From NCBI GenBank assembly GCA_963674755.2, contig CAXXVS010000001.1, forward strand, positions 1,152,001-1,216,000: a stretch of 64,000 nucleotides of DNA, written 5' to 3'. The notes under the pieces are model-generated. The model was not told where the DNA came from, made no database searches, and worked only from the letters and a program-made list of their open reading frames with translations. This document shows, in pieces, positions 1-9,523 of this stretch. Position 1 is the first letter of the stretch. Each line of letters opens with the position of its first letter. Origin of the DNA: Desulfobacterales bacterium. Its GTDB lineage: Bacteria > Desulfobacterota > Desulfobacteria > Desulfobacterales > UBA5852. The position numbers and the translations under genes were made by a program.

Positions 1-48
1 CCTTCGCTCGGTTGGTTCCGGATTGGGCCACAGCCGATAGCGTTTAGG

Positions 49-732
49 ATGGTGAGGACGGTTGTGACATCACTTCACAGATGGCTGGCCCGCCTGCGTC
101 AACCGCTCCGGCCCCGCATGATGATCGTGGGGCTTGGTAATCCGGGTGAGGCTTACCGGCAGACCCGGCACAACGTGGGGTTCATGGTGCTGGAGCGCAT
201 CAGTCAGGACCATTCGATCCCGCTGAAACACCGCCGACGCGACAGTCGCTACGGATTCGGTACCATTGCGGATCACGCCGTGGTTCTCGCTGCTCCCCAA
301 GCCTTCATGAACCGCAGCGGCCCGCCCGTCTTGCACTTGTTGTCTTATTACGGTATCTCCGCAAAGGACGTTCTGATCATTCATGACGATATTGATCTTG
401 CTTTTGGACGCTTAAAAATAAAAGAGAAAGGAGGGCATGGAGGCCACAACGGTTTGAAATCAGTTATGGATGCCCTGGGCGGTGGGGATTTCGCCCGCCT
501 GCGTATCGGCATCGGGCGTCCGGCTCGTGGAAGTGATGTCATCGATCATGTACTGAGTCCCTTCAGCCAGGAAGAAAGCGCAACGCTGAAACCGGTACTC
601 GCCCGAGCCAGTGATGCTGCAGTGACCGTCCTTTGCCACGGGGCGAAAGTCGGTATGAACAGGTTTCATCGCAACACCATGAATTCACCCGAAACATCTG
701 ATGGAGGAAAGAATGGACGCAGTATTAAATAA
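49..732 (+). CDS. pth: peptidyl-tRNA hydrolase
   Basis: [47 protein letters not shown] motifs. Start uncertain (49 or 118). Confidence 0.95.
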   Translation: MVRTVVTSLHRWLARLRQPLRPRMMIVGLGNPGEAYRQTRHNVGFMVLERISQDHSIPLKHRRRDSRYGFGTIADHAVVLAAPQAFMNRSGPPVLHLLSYYGISAKDVLIIHDDIDLAFGRLKIKEKGGHGGHNGLKSVMDALGGGDFARLRIGIGRPARGSDVIDHVLSPFSQEESATLKPVLARASDAAVTVLCHGAKVGMNRFHRNTMNSPETSDGGKNGRSIK

Positions 733-2722
733 TCTGCCGCTGACATGCACACTCGTAGGCGTAGCCGGTATTGTGTTTGCCATCCTTCTGGCCGCAGTTG
801 TCAAAGGCGCACCGGCTGGAAACGAAAAAATGCAGGAGATCGCGGGCGCCATCCAGGAAGGCGCGATCGCCTATCTCAATCGCCAGATGAAAAGCATGGG
901 GATTGCCGGTATTATCATTTTTGGTGTTATTTTTGCGACCATGGGTGCCAAAACCGCCATCGGTTTTCTCATGGGCGCGGTGGCTTCCTTTTTGGCCGGC
1001 TACATCGGCATGCGGGTTTCCGTTCTGGCCAATGTCCGCACGGCCGAAGCCGCCAAAAAAGGCATGTCCGCCGGTCTGTCCATGGCCTTCAAGGGCGGTT
1101 CCGTTACCGGTATGATCGTGGCCGGCCTGGCCCTGACCTCGGTTGCGGGCTACTACACCCTGACCCATGACGTTACCGCGCTGGTCGCCCTCGGTTTCGG
1201 CGGCAGCCTGATTTCGATCTTCGCCCGTTTGGGCGGCGGTATCTTCACCAAAGGCGCCGACGTGGGCGCCGACCTGGTCGGTAAGGTCGAAGCCGGTATT
1301 CCCGAAGACGATCCCCGCAACCCGGCTACCATCGCCGACAACGTGGGTGACAACGTTGGCGACTGTGCCGGTATGGCCGCCGACCTTTTCGAGACTTATG
1401 CGGTGACCGCCGTGGCCGCGATGCTCATCGGCCATTTGCTGTTCCCGAAAATTCCGATGGCTACTGAATTCCCGCTGATACTGGGTGCCATTTCGATTAT
1501 CGCTTCCATGATCGCCGTTTTCTTCGTCCGCCTGGGCAGCAGCGAATACATCATGGGTGCGCTCTATAAGGGCATGTTCGGATCGGCTATCATGGCCGGT
1601 ATCGCTTTCTACTTTGCCGCGAATAAATTCATGACGGACATTCCCAACGTTTCCGCTATGAACATTTATTACTGCACCCTGATCGGGCTGGTGCTGACGG
1701 TCGTGATCGTCATCATCACCGAGTACTACACCGGCATCTACGGTCCGGTTAAAGGCATCGCCGACGCCTCCACTACTGGCCACGGCACCAACATCATCTC
1801 CGGTCTGGCCGTATCCATGCAGGCCACCGCGGCGCCGGTTCTGAGCATCTGTCTGGCCATTTTCCTGGCCCACAACTTCGGCGGGCTCTATGGCATCGCC
1901 ATGGCCGCCATGTCCATGCTTTCCATGACCGGTATGGTCATTGCCATCGATGCCTACGGTCCTATCACCGACAACGCTGGTGGCATTGCCGAAATGGCCG
2001 GTATGGATGACAGCGTCCGCGCCGTCACCGACCCGCTGGATGCCGTCGGCAACACCACCAAGGCCGTTACCAAGGGCTATGCCATCGGTTCCGCCGGTCT
2101 GGCCGCTCTGGTGCTCTTTGCCGCCTACGTGATGGAATTCCAGATGCAGGGCGCTGAAAAAGCGATCAAATTTGACCTCTCCGACGTCAACGTCGTGATC
2201 GGTCTGTTCATCGGTGGCCTGTTGCCCTATCTGTTTGCTTCCATCGCCATGAAGGCCGTCGGCAACGCCGGTGGCGCCGTTGTCGAGGAAGTCCGCCGTC
2301 AGTTCCGCGAAATCCCGGGCATCATGGAAGGTACTGCCAAACCGGATTACGGTGCCTGCGTGGACATCGTCACCAAGTTTGCCCTGAAAGAGATGCTGGT
2401 ACCGGCGCTGCTGCCGGTTATCGCGCCGCTTATTGTCGGCTTTCTGCTGGGCAAAGTTGCCCTGGGCGGTCTGTTGATCGGTTCTATCGTGACCGGTGTG
2501 TTCGTGGCCCTGTCCATGACCACGGGTGGTGCCGCTTGGGATAACGCCAAGAAATACATCGAAGACGGCCATCTGGGCGGCAAGGGCAGCGATGCCCACA
2601 AAGCCGCCGTTACCGGTGACACCGTAGGCGACCCCTACAAGGATACCGCCGGTCCGGCCGTCAACCCGATGATCAAGATTCTGAACGTTGTCGCTCTGTT
2701 GATGGTGCCGTTCCTGTTGTAA
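713..2722 (+). CDS. hppA: membrane-bound H+-translocating pyrophosphatase, K+-independent type
   Basis: [46 protein letters not shown] motifs. GGAGG at 703-707 favours ATG 713 over 701. Confidence 0.95.
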   Translation: MDAVLNNLPLTCTLVGVAGIVFAILLAAVVKGAPAGNEKMQEIAGAIQEGAIAYLNRQMKSMGIAGIIIFGVIFATMGAKTAIGFLMGAVASFLAGYIGMRVSVLANVRTAEAAKKGMSAGLSMAFKGGSVTGMIVAGLALTSVAGYYTLTHDVTALVALGFGGSLISIFARLGGGIFTKGADVGADLVGKVEAGIPEDDPRNPATIADNVGDNVGDCAGMAADLFETYAVTAVAAMLIGHLLFPKIPMATEFPLILGAISIIASMIAVFFVRLGSSEYIMGALYKGMFGSAIMAGIAFYFAANKFMTDIPNVSAMNIYYCTLIGLVLTVVIVIITEYYTGIYGPVKGIADASTTGHGTNIISGLAVSMQATAAPVLSICLAIFLAHNFGGLYGIAMAAMSMLSMTGMVIAIDAYGPITDNAGGIAEMAGMDDSVRAVTDPLDAVGNTTKAVTKGYAIGSAGLAALVLFAAYVMEFQMQGAEKAIKFDLSDVNVVIGLFIGGLLPYLFASIAMKAVGNAGGAVVEEVRRQFREIPGIMEGTAKPDYGACVDIVTKFALKEMLVPALLPVIAPLIVGFLLGKVALGGLLIGSIVTGVFVALSMTTGGAAWDNAKKYIEDGHLGGKGSDAHKAAVTGDTVGDPYKDTAGPAVNPMIKILNVVALLMVPFLL

Positions 2723-2753
2723 ACGACTTCGTTCCTCTATCTTGAGCTGAAAT

Positions 2754-2790
2754 AAAGGATTGGCGCAGGTTTGCGCCAATCCTTTTTTAT
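2754..2790 (+). terminator. intrinsic terminator after hppA
   Basis: 14-bp stem AAAGGATTGGCGCA-ggtt-TGCGCCAATCCTTT running into a T-tract. Confidence 0.85.
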
Positions 2791-2818
2791 TGATTGTTTG
2801 CGGCCGCTATGGTATTGT
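2790..2818 (+). promoter_or_regulatory. putative sigma70 promoter of carD-rluD
   Basis: TTGATT-N17-TATTGT with TGn extended -10. Confidence 0.4.
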
Positions 2819-2869
2819 CTTGCGAAATAGATAGAAATATTAGCCATTTTCGCATGAAATGAAAGTTAT

Positions 2870-3415
2870 ATGACCGAGAAAAAAAAGACTCAGAGCCCAA
2901 GCACCAAACCAAAAAAAGGCAAATTCACGGTGGGTGACTTGGCTGTTTATCCGGCCCATGGGGTGGGGGAGATTACCGCCATCGAGACCCGTGTCGTCAA
3001 CGGGGAGGAGCACGATTTCTATATCATGAAAGTGCTCGAAAACGGCATGGTGATCATGATCCCCACCTGGAATGTCGAGTCCGTGGGCTTGCGGGATATC
3101 ATTGATGAGAAGGACATTCCCAAAGTCTATGACGTGATGAAAAATCGGGACTCGGCGGCCGGGGACAACCAGACCTGGAATCGCCGTTACCGCGAATACA
3201 TGGATAAGATCAAGACGGGCAGCCTTTTCGATGTGGCTGAAGTCTTTCGCGACCTCTTCCTGCTAAAACTCACCAAAGACCTTTCCTTCGGGGAACGCAA
3301 GCTTTACGACACGGCGCAGGTCCTGCTGGTCAAAGAGCTTTCCACCGCCAAGAAAGCCGACGAGAAGACGGTTCTCAAGGAAATCGAGTCGCTTTTCAAT
3401 AAAGGCAGCGCCTAA
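2870..3415 (+). CDS. carD: CarD/CdnL family transcription factor
   Basis: FTVGDLAVYPAHGVG N-terminus, WNRRYRE and LSFGERKL motifs. Confidence 0.92.
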   Translation: MTEKKKTQSPSTKPKKGKFTVGDLAVYPAHGVGEITAIETRVVNGEEHDFYIMKVLENGMVIMIPTWNVESVGLRDIIDEKDIPKVYDVMKNRDSAAGDNQTWNRRYREYMDKIKTGSLFDVAEVFRDLFLLKLTKDLSFGERKLYDTAQVLLVKELSTAKKADEKTVLKEIESLFNKGSA

Positions 3416-3429
3416 CGGCCCTTCGCTCC

Positions 3430-4389
3430 ATGGAAGCCTCCGCCGGCTGTTTCCGTTTCGCCGTCTCGGCCTCCGAGGCCGGAAAACGGTTGGATGTCAT
3501 TCTCGCCGGGCATTTACCGGACTGCTCCCGGTCCTACGCCGCCCAGTTGATCCAACAAGGTAACGTTCACGTCAATCAGTGTCCGTGCAAACCATCCTAC
3601 CGTGCCAGGGGAGGCGATACCATCGCCGGAGCGGTGCCGCCGCCCGAGCCGGTGGACATCGTCCCCGAGCCTATCGAGCTGAAGATTCTCTTCGAGGATG
3701 CGGCTCTCCTGGTTATCAACAAACCCCCTGGCCTCGTGGTTCACCCCGCGCCGGGCCACCCTCAGGGAACCCTGGTCAACGCGCTCCTGCACCATTGCGA
3801 CGATTTGGCCGCTTTTCGTGGTGAAATTCGTCCCGGCATCGTGCATCGTCTCGACAAGGATACCTCCGGTGCGCTGGTGGTTGCCAAAACCCCGGCGGCC
3901 CATGAGCACCTGGCGGGCCAGTTCAAGGCCCGATCGGTGCGCAAGACCTACCTGGCCATCGTCAAAGGCGTGATGAAGGTCCCCCGGGGCGAAATACATT
4001 TGCCCATCGGGCGCCATCCGACGGCCCGCAAAAAGATGTCCACCAGGGCGCCCCGGGCGCGTTCCGCCGAAACGCACTATCGGGTGCGCGAGATTCTGAG
4101 GGGGGCAACCCTGCTGGAACTCGATCTGAAAACCGGACGAACCCATCAGATTCGCGTGCATTGCGCTGCCATCCACCATCCTGTCTTGGGCGATAGGGTC
4201 TATGGCGGCCGGCAGAATGCCGAGGTTTATACCCACAGCGGTTCGGCGCCGCTTTCGCGCGAAGCGGTCAGACGCCAGATGCTGCACGCCTGGCGGCTGG
4301 GTTTTTTTCACCCCCTGGACGGACGCTGGCTTACCTGCGAAGCCGACCTGCCGGAGGATATGCAGGCGGTTCTGACCGAACTAAGGTAA
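3430..4389 (+). CDS. rluD: RluA/RluD family 23S rRNA pseudouridine synthase with S4 domain
   Basis: NKPPGLVVHP, HRLDKDTSG, TGRTHQIRVH, QMLHA motifs. Confidence 0.9.
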   Translation: MEASAGCFRFAVSASEAGKRLDVILAGHLPDCSRSYAAQLIQQGNVHVNQCPCKPSYRARGGDTIAGAVPPPEPVDIVPEPIELKILFEDAALLVINKPPGLVVHPAPGHPQGTLVNALLHHCDDLAAFRGEIRPGIVHRLDKDTSGALVVAKTPAAHEHLAGQFKARSVRKTYLAIVKGVMKVPRGEIHLPIGRHPTARKKMSTRAPRARSAETHYRVREILRGATLLELDLKTGRTHQIRVHCAAIHHPVLGDRVYGGRQNAEVYTHSGSAPLSREAVRRQMLHAWRLGFFHPLDGRWLTCEADLPEDMQAVLTELR

Positions 4390-4410
4390 TTCCTCACTTG
4401 TTTGCAGCGC

Positions 4411-4447
4411 AAAGGAAAGAGCCCCGGGAAAATTTCGATCCCGGGGC
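4411..4447 (-). terminator. intrinsic terminator of the rnf operon
   Basis: GCCCCGGGA...TCCCGGGGC stem at 4421-4447, followed on the - strand by TCTTTCCTTT. Confidence 0.55.
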
Positions 4448-4507
4448 CTGATCTGGAAACGTCGCGTGTGGGGTGGCCGGGCTAAGGGGGCACGCCAAGC
4501 TGCCGGC

Positions 4508-6607
4508 TCAGGCGGCGCAGGAATCCTTATCGTAACAGATGCGGCAGCAATTAAGGCAGCGATTGGATTCCCGTGCGGCATCCTTCTGGCTGATCACAAG
4601 ATCGGCTTCCTCAAAGGTTTTGATACGTTCTTCAACGGGCATCTCGGGCATGGGGGTGCGCTTGATGGGGGTGATGCCCTCCACCGACTCGAAAAGCGAT
4701 TCCGGGATATGCTTCTTACGCAGCGATTTAGAGACGGGGGTAACTTCTTCACCACTAAGGAATAGATGAATGGCGCGGGCCGCCCGCCGTCCGCCGCCGA
4801 TGGCTTCCACCACAAGAGAGGCCCCGGTTTGGGCGTCGCCGGCGGCAAAGATATAGGGAATATTGGTTTGGAGCGTTTCCGGATCGGCTTCGATGGTGCT
4901 CCAGCGGGTGACTTCCAGGTCTTTGATCGTGTTTTCCTTTTCCAGGAAGGACACATCCGGTCCCTGGCCGATGGCCGTGATGAGCATATCGATGTCCATC
5001 AGGGTCTCCGAGCCCTCGATCGGTACGGGACGTCGCCGACCGCTGGCATCGGGCTCCCCCAGCTCCATTTTAAGATATTCCAGCTGCTTGACATGGCCGT
5101 TTTCATCGCCGATGGCTTTAACGGGCGCTGCCAGGAAATGGAACTGGACCCCTTCGTGTTCGGCGGCCTCGATTTCCACCATGTTGGCCGGCATTTCTTT
5201 GCGCGTACGGCGGTAAACGATGGAGACTTCATCGGCACCCAAGCGGACGAGGGTGCGCACGCAGTCGATGGCAGTATTGCCGCCGCCGATAACGACGCAT
5301 TTTTTCCCCACCGGAACTTCCTCCGGGTTGTCGCCCTGCTGGTGGCTGGCGAAACGGGTCAGAAAGTCGATGCCGGTGAAGCACCCCTTTAAATCCTCCC
5401 CCTCGGCCCGCAGCTTATAATCCTTCCAGGCACCGACGCCCAGGAAGATGGCATCAAAGCCCTCTTCGCGCAGGGAATCGACGGTGTAATCCTGTCCCAG
5501 GCGGACGTTGTTCTGAAATTCGACACCAAGGTTGAGGATGCCGTCGGTTTCCCATTGCAGAACTTCCTTGGGCAGGCGGTATTCGGGGATGCCGTAGCGG
5601 GTCATCCCTCCCAGTTTGGGCATCATATCAAAAATCTTGACGCTGTGTCCCAGTCGCCGCAGAAAGTAGGCACAACTCAGCCCCGCCGGTCCGCCGCCGA
5701 TGACAGCCACCTTTTGGCCGGTTTCCGGGGCGCAGGGGATGGGCAGCCGTTTGCCGGAGTTCATTTCATAGTCGGCCACAAAGCGCTTCAATTGGTTGAT
5801 GGAAACAGCTTCGTCTTCGATGCCGCGCCGGCATTTGTCTTCACAGGGATGGGGGCAGACCCGGCCGCAGGTTAGCAGAAGCGGATTGCGTTCCCGAATG
5901 GTATGAACAGCCCCCTCGTAGTCGCCCTCTTTGATCTGGCGCACATAGCGGGGTATATCGATTTCCGCCGGGCAGGTTTGCTGACAGGGCGCCAACGCAT
6001 CGTCTTCCTGATTGAAGTGCAGCAGCCGTTCCGACATGGTCCGCACCCGGATGATGTTTTTGGGGCAGGCCCTTTCGCAGGCACCGCAGCCAACACACAG
6101 GGCTTCATCGACCACCGGAAAGCCGTTGGGGCCCATATGCACGGCATTGAATTTACAGGAGGCGATACAATCGCCCTGGCCCAGGCAGCCGATGGAGCAA
6201 ATGCGCTGACCGCCGTAAAGGGCTGCCAGGGCTTGGCAGCTATTGACCCCGTTGTAGTAGAAATGATTGTCGGCGCGGTCGCCGCCGGAGCACTCGTTTT
6301 TGGATAGGAGGGGCTCGGCGCTGCCGGGATCAACCCCCATGACACCTGCCACGGCCACGGCGGATTCCATTCCGGCCACGATGCACACGCTGGGCGGCGC
6401 CTGGCCGTTGACCACCGCCACGGCCGCCGCCGAGCAGCCGGCATAGCCGCATCCGCCGCAGTTGGCGCCGGCGAGGAAATATTCGACCTCCCCGATGCGC
6501 GGATCCTCATAAACATAAAACACTTTCGAGGCAACGCTCAGGACCAAACCGCAAACGGCCCCGATGCCCATTAACGCCATGATCGAAATGTAGACCGGTT
6601 CAAGCAC
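4508..6607 (-). CDS. rnfB: RnfB fused to a GltD/NfnB-like FAD/NAD(P)H oxidoreductase
   Basis: N-terminal TM helix, GANCGGCGYAGC, CVGCGACERACP; then CQQTCP, CGRVCPHPCEDKC, GGGPAG, GGGNTAID, YRRT. Confidence 0.88.
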   Translation of the reverse strand: MLEPVYISIMALMGIGAVCGLVLSVASKVFYVYEDPRIGEVEYFLAGANCGGCGYAGCSAAAVAVVNGQAPPSVCIVAGMESAVAVAGVMGVDPGSAEPLLSKNECSGGDRADNHFYYNGVNSCQALAALYGGQRICSIGCLGQGDCIASCKFNAVHMGPNGFPVVDEALCVGCGACERACPKNIIRVRTMSERLLHFNQEDDALAPCQQTCPAEIDIPRYVRQIKEGDYEGAVHTIRERNPLLLTCGRVCPHPCEDKCRRGIEDEAVSINQLKRFVADYEMNSGKRLPIPCAPETGQKVAVIGGGPAGLSCAYFLRRLGHSVKIFDMMPKLGGMTRYGIPEYRLPKEVLQWETDGILNLGVEFQNNVRLGQDYTVDSLREEGFDAIFLGVGAWKDYKLRAEGEDLKGCFTGIDFLTRFASHQQGDNPEEVPVGKKCVVIGGGNTAIDCVRTLVRLGADEVSIVYRRTRKEMPANMVEIEAAEHEGVQFHFLAAPVKAIGDENGHVKQLEYLKMELGEPDASGRRRPVPIEGSETLMDIDMLITAIGQGPDVSFLEKENTIKDLEVTRWSTIEADPETLQTNIPYIFAAGDAQTGASLVVEAIGGGRRAARAIHLFLSGEEVTPVSKSLRKKHIPESLFESVEGITPIKRTPMPEMPVEERIKTFEEADLVISQKDAARESNRCLNCCRICYDKDSCAA

Positions 6608-6739
6608 GATGAACTCCTTGAGGTCCTATTGCAGGTCTAAACCCATGGGGAGAAGCGGTGCAACGCAACGTATAGCCCACCATAAAACTGATATGCTTTA
6701 CAAAAGCTGCCATGAACCATCTGCCGTCGGTCGGTTTTT

Positions 6740-7315
6740 TTAGGCCATGCCCTTGAATGCATAGAAGGAGAGCGAAACGATGCCCGCCGTAACCAGTGCG
6801 ATGGAGGTGTCCTGCAGAGGGCGAGGCACGCGTGCCAGCAAAATGCGTTCACGAATGCCGGCAAACAGGATCAAAGCCAACCCGAAACCGGCCGCATATG
6901 CAAAGGAGGACACCAGGGTCTGCATGAAATTGTATTCTTTGTCGATATTGATCACGCAGACGCCGAAAACGGCACAGTTGGTGGTGATCAAGGGCAGAAA
7001 AATTCCCAAACCGGCATAGAGGGCCGGGATGCTTTTTTTAAGGAACATCTCTACGAACTGGACCAGGGAGGCAATAACTAAAATAAAGGCGATGGTGCGC
7101 AGATATTCCAGTCCGAGCGGTACCAGCAGATAGGCGAAGATCAGCCAGGTGATAACGCCCGCCAGGACGAGCACGAAGATGACCGCCATCGCCATCCCCA
7201 CGGCCGTTTCCATTTTTTTGGAAGTTCCAAAAAACGGGCAGTTTCCTAGAAACTGCGCCAGCAGGATATTGTTGACGAAGATGCAGCTGATAATCAGAGT
7301 CAAATATTCAGCCAT
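6740..7315 (-). CDS. rnfA: Rnf complex subunit A
   Basis: FLGNCPFFG and LPLITTNCAV motifs; hydrophobic. Confidence 0.93.
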   Translation of the reverse strand: MAEYLTLIISCIFVNNILLAQFLGNCPFFGTSKKMETAVGMAMAVIFVLVLAGVITWLIFAYLLVPLGLEYLRTIAFILVIASLVQFVEMFLKKSIPALYAGLGIFLPLITTNCAVFGVCVINIDKEYNFMQTLVSSFAYAAGFGLALILFAGIRERILLARVPRPLQDTSIALVTAGIVSLSFYAFKGMA

Positions 7316-7325
7316 AGCCGGTCTC

Positions 7326-7955
7326 CTATTTCTTGCCTGCTATATTCATGAAGCATAGCATGAGTCCCAGACAGAGGAAGGCGCCCGGAGCCTGGACGAC
7401 GAATTCAAAAGGCTGGAATCCGGGGAAAAACTTCGCCACATCAAAAATCGGCCCATCAAAAAGGGGGGAGCCCCAGAGGGTCAGCGTTCCCGCGCCCAGC
7501 AGTTCGCGAAGGGCACCTAAAGCCCCTAAGGCCAGGGTGTAGCCGATGCCGATACCCAGCCCGTCGGCCGTGGAATAAATCACGTTGTTCTTGGAGGCGA
7601 ATGCTTCGGCCCTGCCCAGCACGATGCAGTTGACCACAATCAGGGGGATAAAGACCCCCAGATCGAGAAAAAGCTTGTAGGTGTAAGCCTGCATAAGCAA
7701 CTCGACCAGGGTCACAAAGGTTGCGATAACAATGATGTAGCAGGCGATGCGCACTTTTGAGGGGATGACCTTGCGCAACAGGGATACCAAAATGTTGGAG
7801 CATACCAGAACGAACGTCGTTGCCAGCCCCATGCCGATGCCGAACTGCATTTTGGTGGTTACCCCCAGCGTCGGACACAGGCCCAGTACCAGACGAAACG
7901 GCGGGACTTCCTCCCAAAGGCCTTTCAGAAATTCATGGGTCAAGGATTTCGCCAT
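7326..7955 (-). CDS. rnfE: Rnf complex subunit E
   Basis: LGLCPTL and IPLIVVNCIVLGRAEAFA motifs. Confidence 0.93.
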   Translation of the reverse strand: MAKSLTHEFLKGLWEEVPPFRLVLGLCPTLGVTTKMQFGIGMGLATTFVLVCSNILVSLLRKVIPSKVRIACYIIVIATFVTLVELLMQAYTYKLFLDLGVFIPLIVVNCIVLGRAEAFASKNNVIYSTADGLGIGIGYTLALGALGALRELLGAGTLTLWGSPLFDGPIFDVAKFFPGFQPFEFVVQAPGAFLCLGLMLCFMNIAGKK

Positions 7956-7968
7956 GGGGATCTCCCTA

Positions 7969-8562
7969 TCACTTATCTTCGTTAAGTTTTTCTTCGATCT
8001 GGGGTTTTAGCCGCTCGTAAAGTTGGCCTGCCTCTGTAGCGGCCAGGCAGACGGCACGCGAAGTAAAGGTGGCGCCGCTCAAGGCATTGACTTTGCCGCC
8101 GTCTCCGGTAATTTGGATGGGCTGGGTGACGTCCATGCCGTCAAACTGCGCTGCAAATTTCGGATCGGATTTCGCGCGCCCTCCGAGACTGGGGGTTTCA
8201 GAGCTGGTGGTGACGCTGACCCCGTAGATTTTGTCGGTATTCACATCGATACCGACCATGAGCCCCACAGGACCTCCGTATCCTCCCTTGCCAAGGGCTT
8301 CGAGCGCGACGGCCTTGGGTTTGCCGTCGAATTTGGCCACGAAGACAGCAACCTTTTGCTCGCCATCGGTCAGGGTAAAGCGATCGGTCACAGGGTTATT
8401 GGAAGCGCCGGCAAAAATTTTTGCGACCGCCGGCCCCTGGACCAGTTGCAGCACCTGATTCTCGATTTGCTCTTTAGTGCCTTCTTTTACGTAGGCCAGC
8501 AAACCGCCGGACAGCGAACTTAGAAGGGTGAGCACGACCACCATTTTTATCATTTCGCCCAT
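7969..8562 (-). CDS. rnfG: Rnf complex subunit G (covalent FMN)
   Basis: N-terminal anchor, GYGG, ETPSLG, ALSGATFTS FMN-attachment motif. Confidence 0.92.
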   Translation of the reverse strand: MGEMIKMVVVLTLLSSLSGGLLAYVKEGTKEQIENQVLQLVQGPAVAKIFAGASNNPVTDRFTLTDGEQKVAVFVAKFDGKPKAVALEALGKGGYGGPVGLMVGIDVNTDKIYGVSVTTSSETPSLGGRAKSDPKFAAQFDGMDVTQPIQITGDGGKVNALSGATFTSRAVCLAATEAGQLYERLKPQIEEKLNEDK

Positions 8563-8563
8563 C

Positions 8564-9523
8564 TTATCCCACCTTTCCCAGTGCTTTTGGTCTGATTTTA
8601 TCCAGTAGGGGATTGACGAGATTCATCAGTAAAATTGCGAGAAGCACTCCGTCGGTATAAACGCCGATATTGCGTATGAGCATGGTCAGGACCCCGGCGC
8701 CAGCCCCGTAGATCAGCATCGGGACGGGGTTGACCGGAGAAGAGGAATCTTCCGGCAGCAGAAAGAAGGCGCCGATGAGAGTATAGCCGGTCAGAAGATG
8801 GAAAAGCGGGCCGGCATATTGATCGGGCGCGGCCAGGTGAAATATCAATGCCGTCAGGAAGATGCCTACCAGAAATGAGAAGGCGATTTCCCAGCGGATA
8901 TAGCGCTTGGCCATGAGATAGAGGCCGCCGCCGATCAAGCCGAGACCGAAAGCGGTGCCGATCCCCCCGACCTGCCGTCCCAGCAAAAGGTTCAAAGTGG
9001 TAAAATCCGACAGGGCGGACGGACCGAAATTCTTGGAGGCCGTCAGGGGGTAGATGGCATTGAACGAGAAGTTGTAGTTGACCAGGGCGCCGTTGATATC
9101 GAGAAACGCGCCCCATGAGACAGTCAGGATCATCACCGCCACCACGACCGGGTGAAACGGGTTGCTGCCGATCCCGCCGAACACGTGCTTGCCGATCACC
9201 ATCATGATAAAGGTTCCGGTGGCGACGATCCACCAGGGCGTTGTGGCCGGTATCAGCATGGCGAAGAGCAACCCCAGCAGGGCGGCGTTGCCGTCAGCGA
9301 TGGTGATGGCCCGCTGGGTAACCCGGTTCATCATCCATTCCCAGAAAATGGCAGTGGATATGGATAGGGTGATGACGCCTACGGCAGGCATGCCGTAGTG
9401 GACGATACCCAGGGCGACGGCCGGCAGAGCCGCCAGGAGCATGCCGATATGCCGTTCCGCTACATTGCTGCCGTTGTGCCAGAAAGGCGCATGCGAGACG
9501 ATGAACATTTTTTCACTGTGCAT
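8564..9523 (-). CDS. rnfD: Rnf complex subunit D (divergent)
   Basis: GKHVFGGIGSNPFHP and GAFFLLPEDSSSP motifs plus operon position; FMN-Thr motif absent. Confidence 0.85.
   Translation of the reverse strand: MHSEKMFIVSHAPFWHNGSNVAERHIGMLLAALPAVALGIVHYGMPAVGVITLSISTAIFWEWMMNRVTQRAITIADGNAALLGLLFAMLIPATTPWWIVATGTFIMMVIGKHVFGGIGSNPFHPVVVAVMILTVSWGAFLDINGALVNYNFSFNAIYPLTASKNFGPSALSDFTTLNLLLGRQVGGIGTAFGLGLIGGGLYLMAKRYIRWEIAFSFLVGIFLTALIFHLAAPDQYAGPLFHLLTGYTLIGAFFLLPEDSSSPVNPVPMLIYGAGAGVLTMLIRNIGVYTDGVLLAILLMNLVNPLLDKIRPKALGKVG

Noticed and set aside
725..2779. Long antisense ORFs (e.g. 725-2779, 11499-13331, 50184-52145, 52087-54096)
   Set aside because: Shadows of real genes in high-GC DNA, with no recognisable motifs
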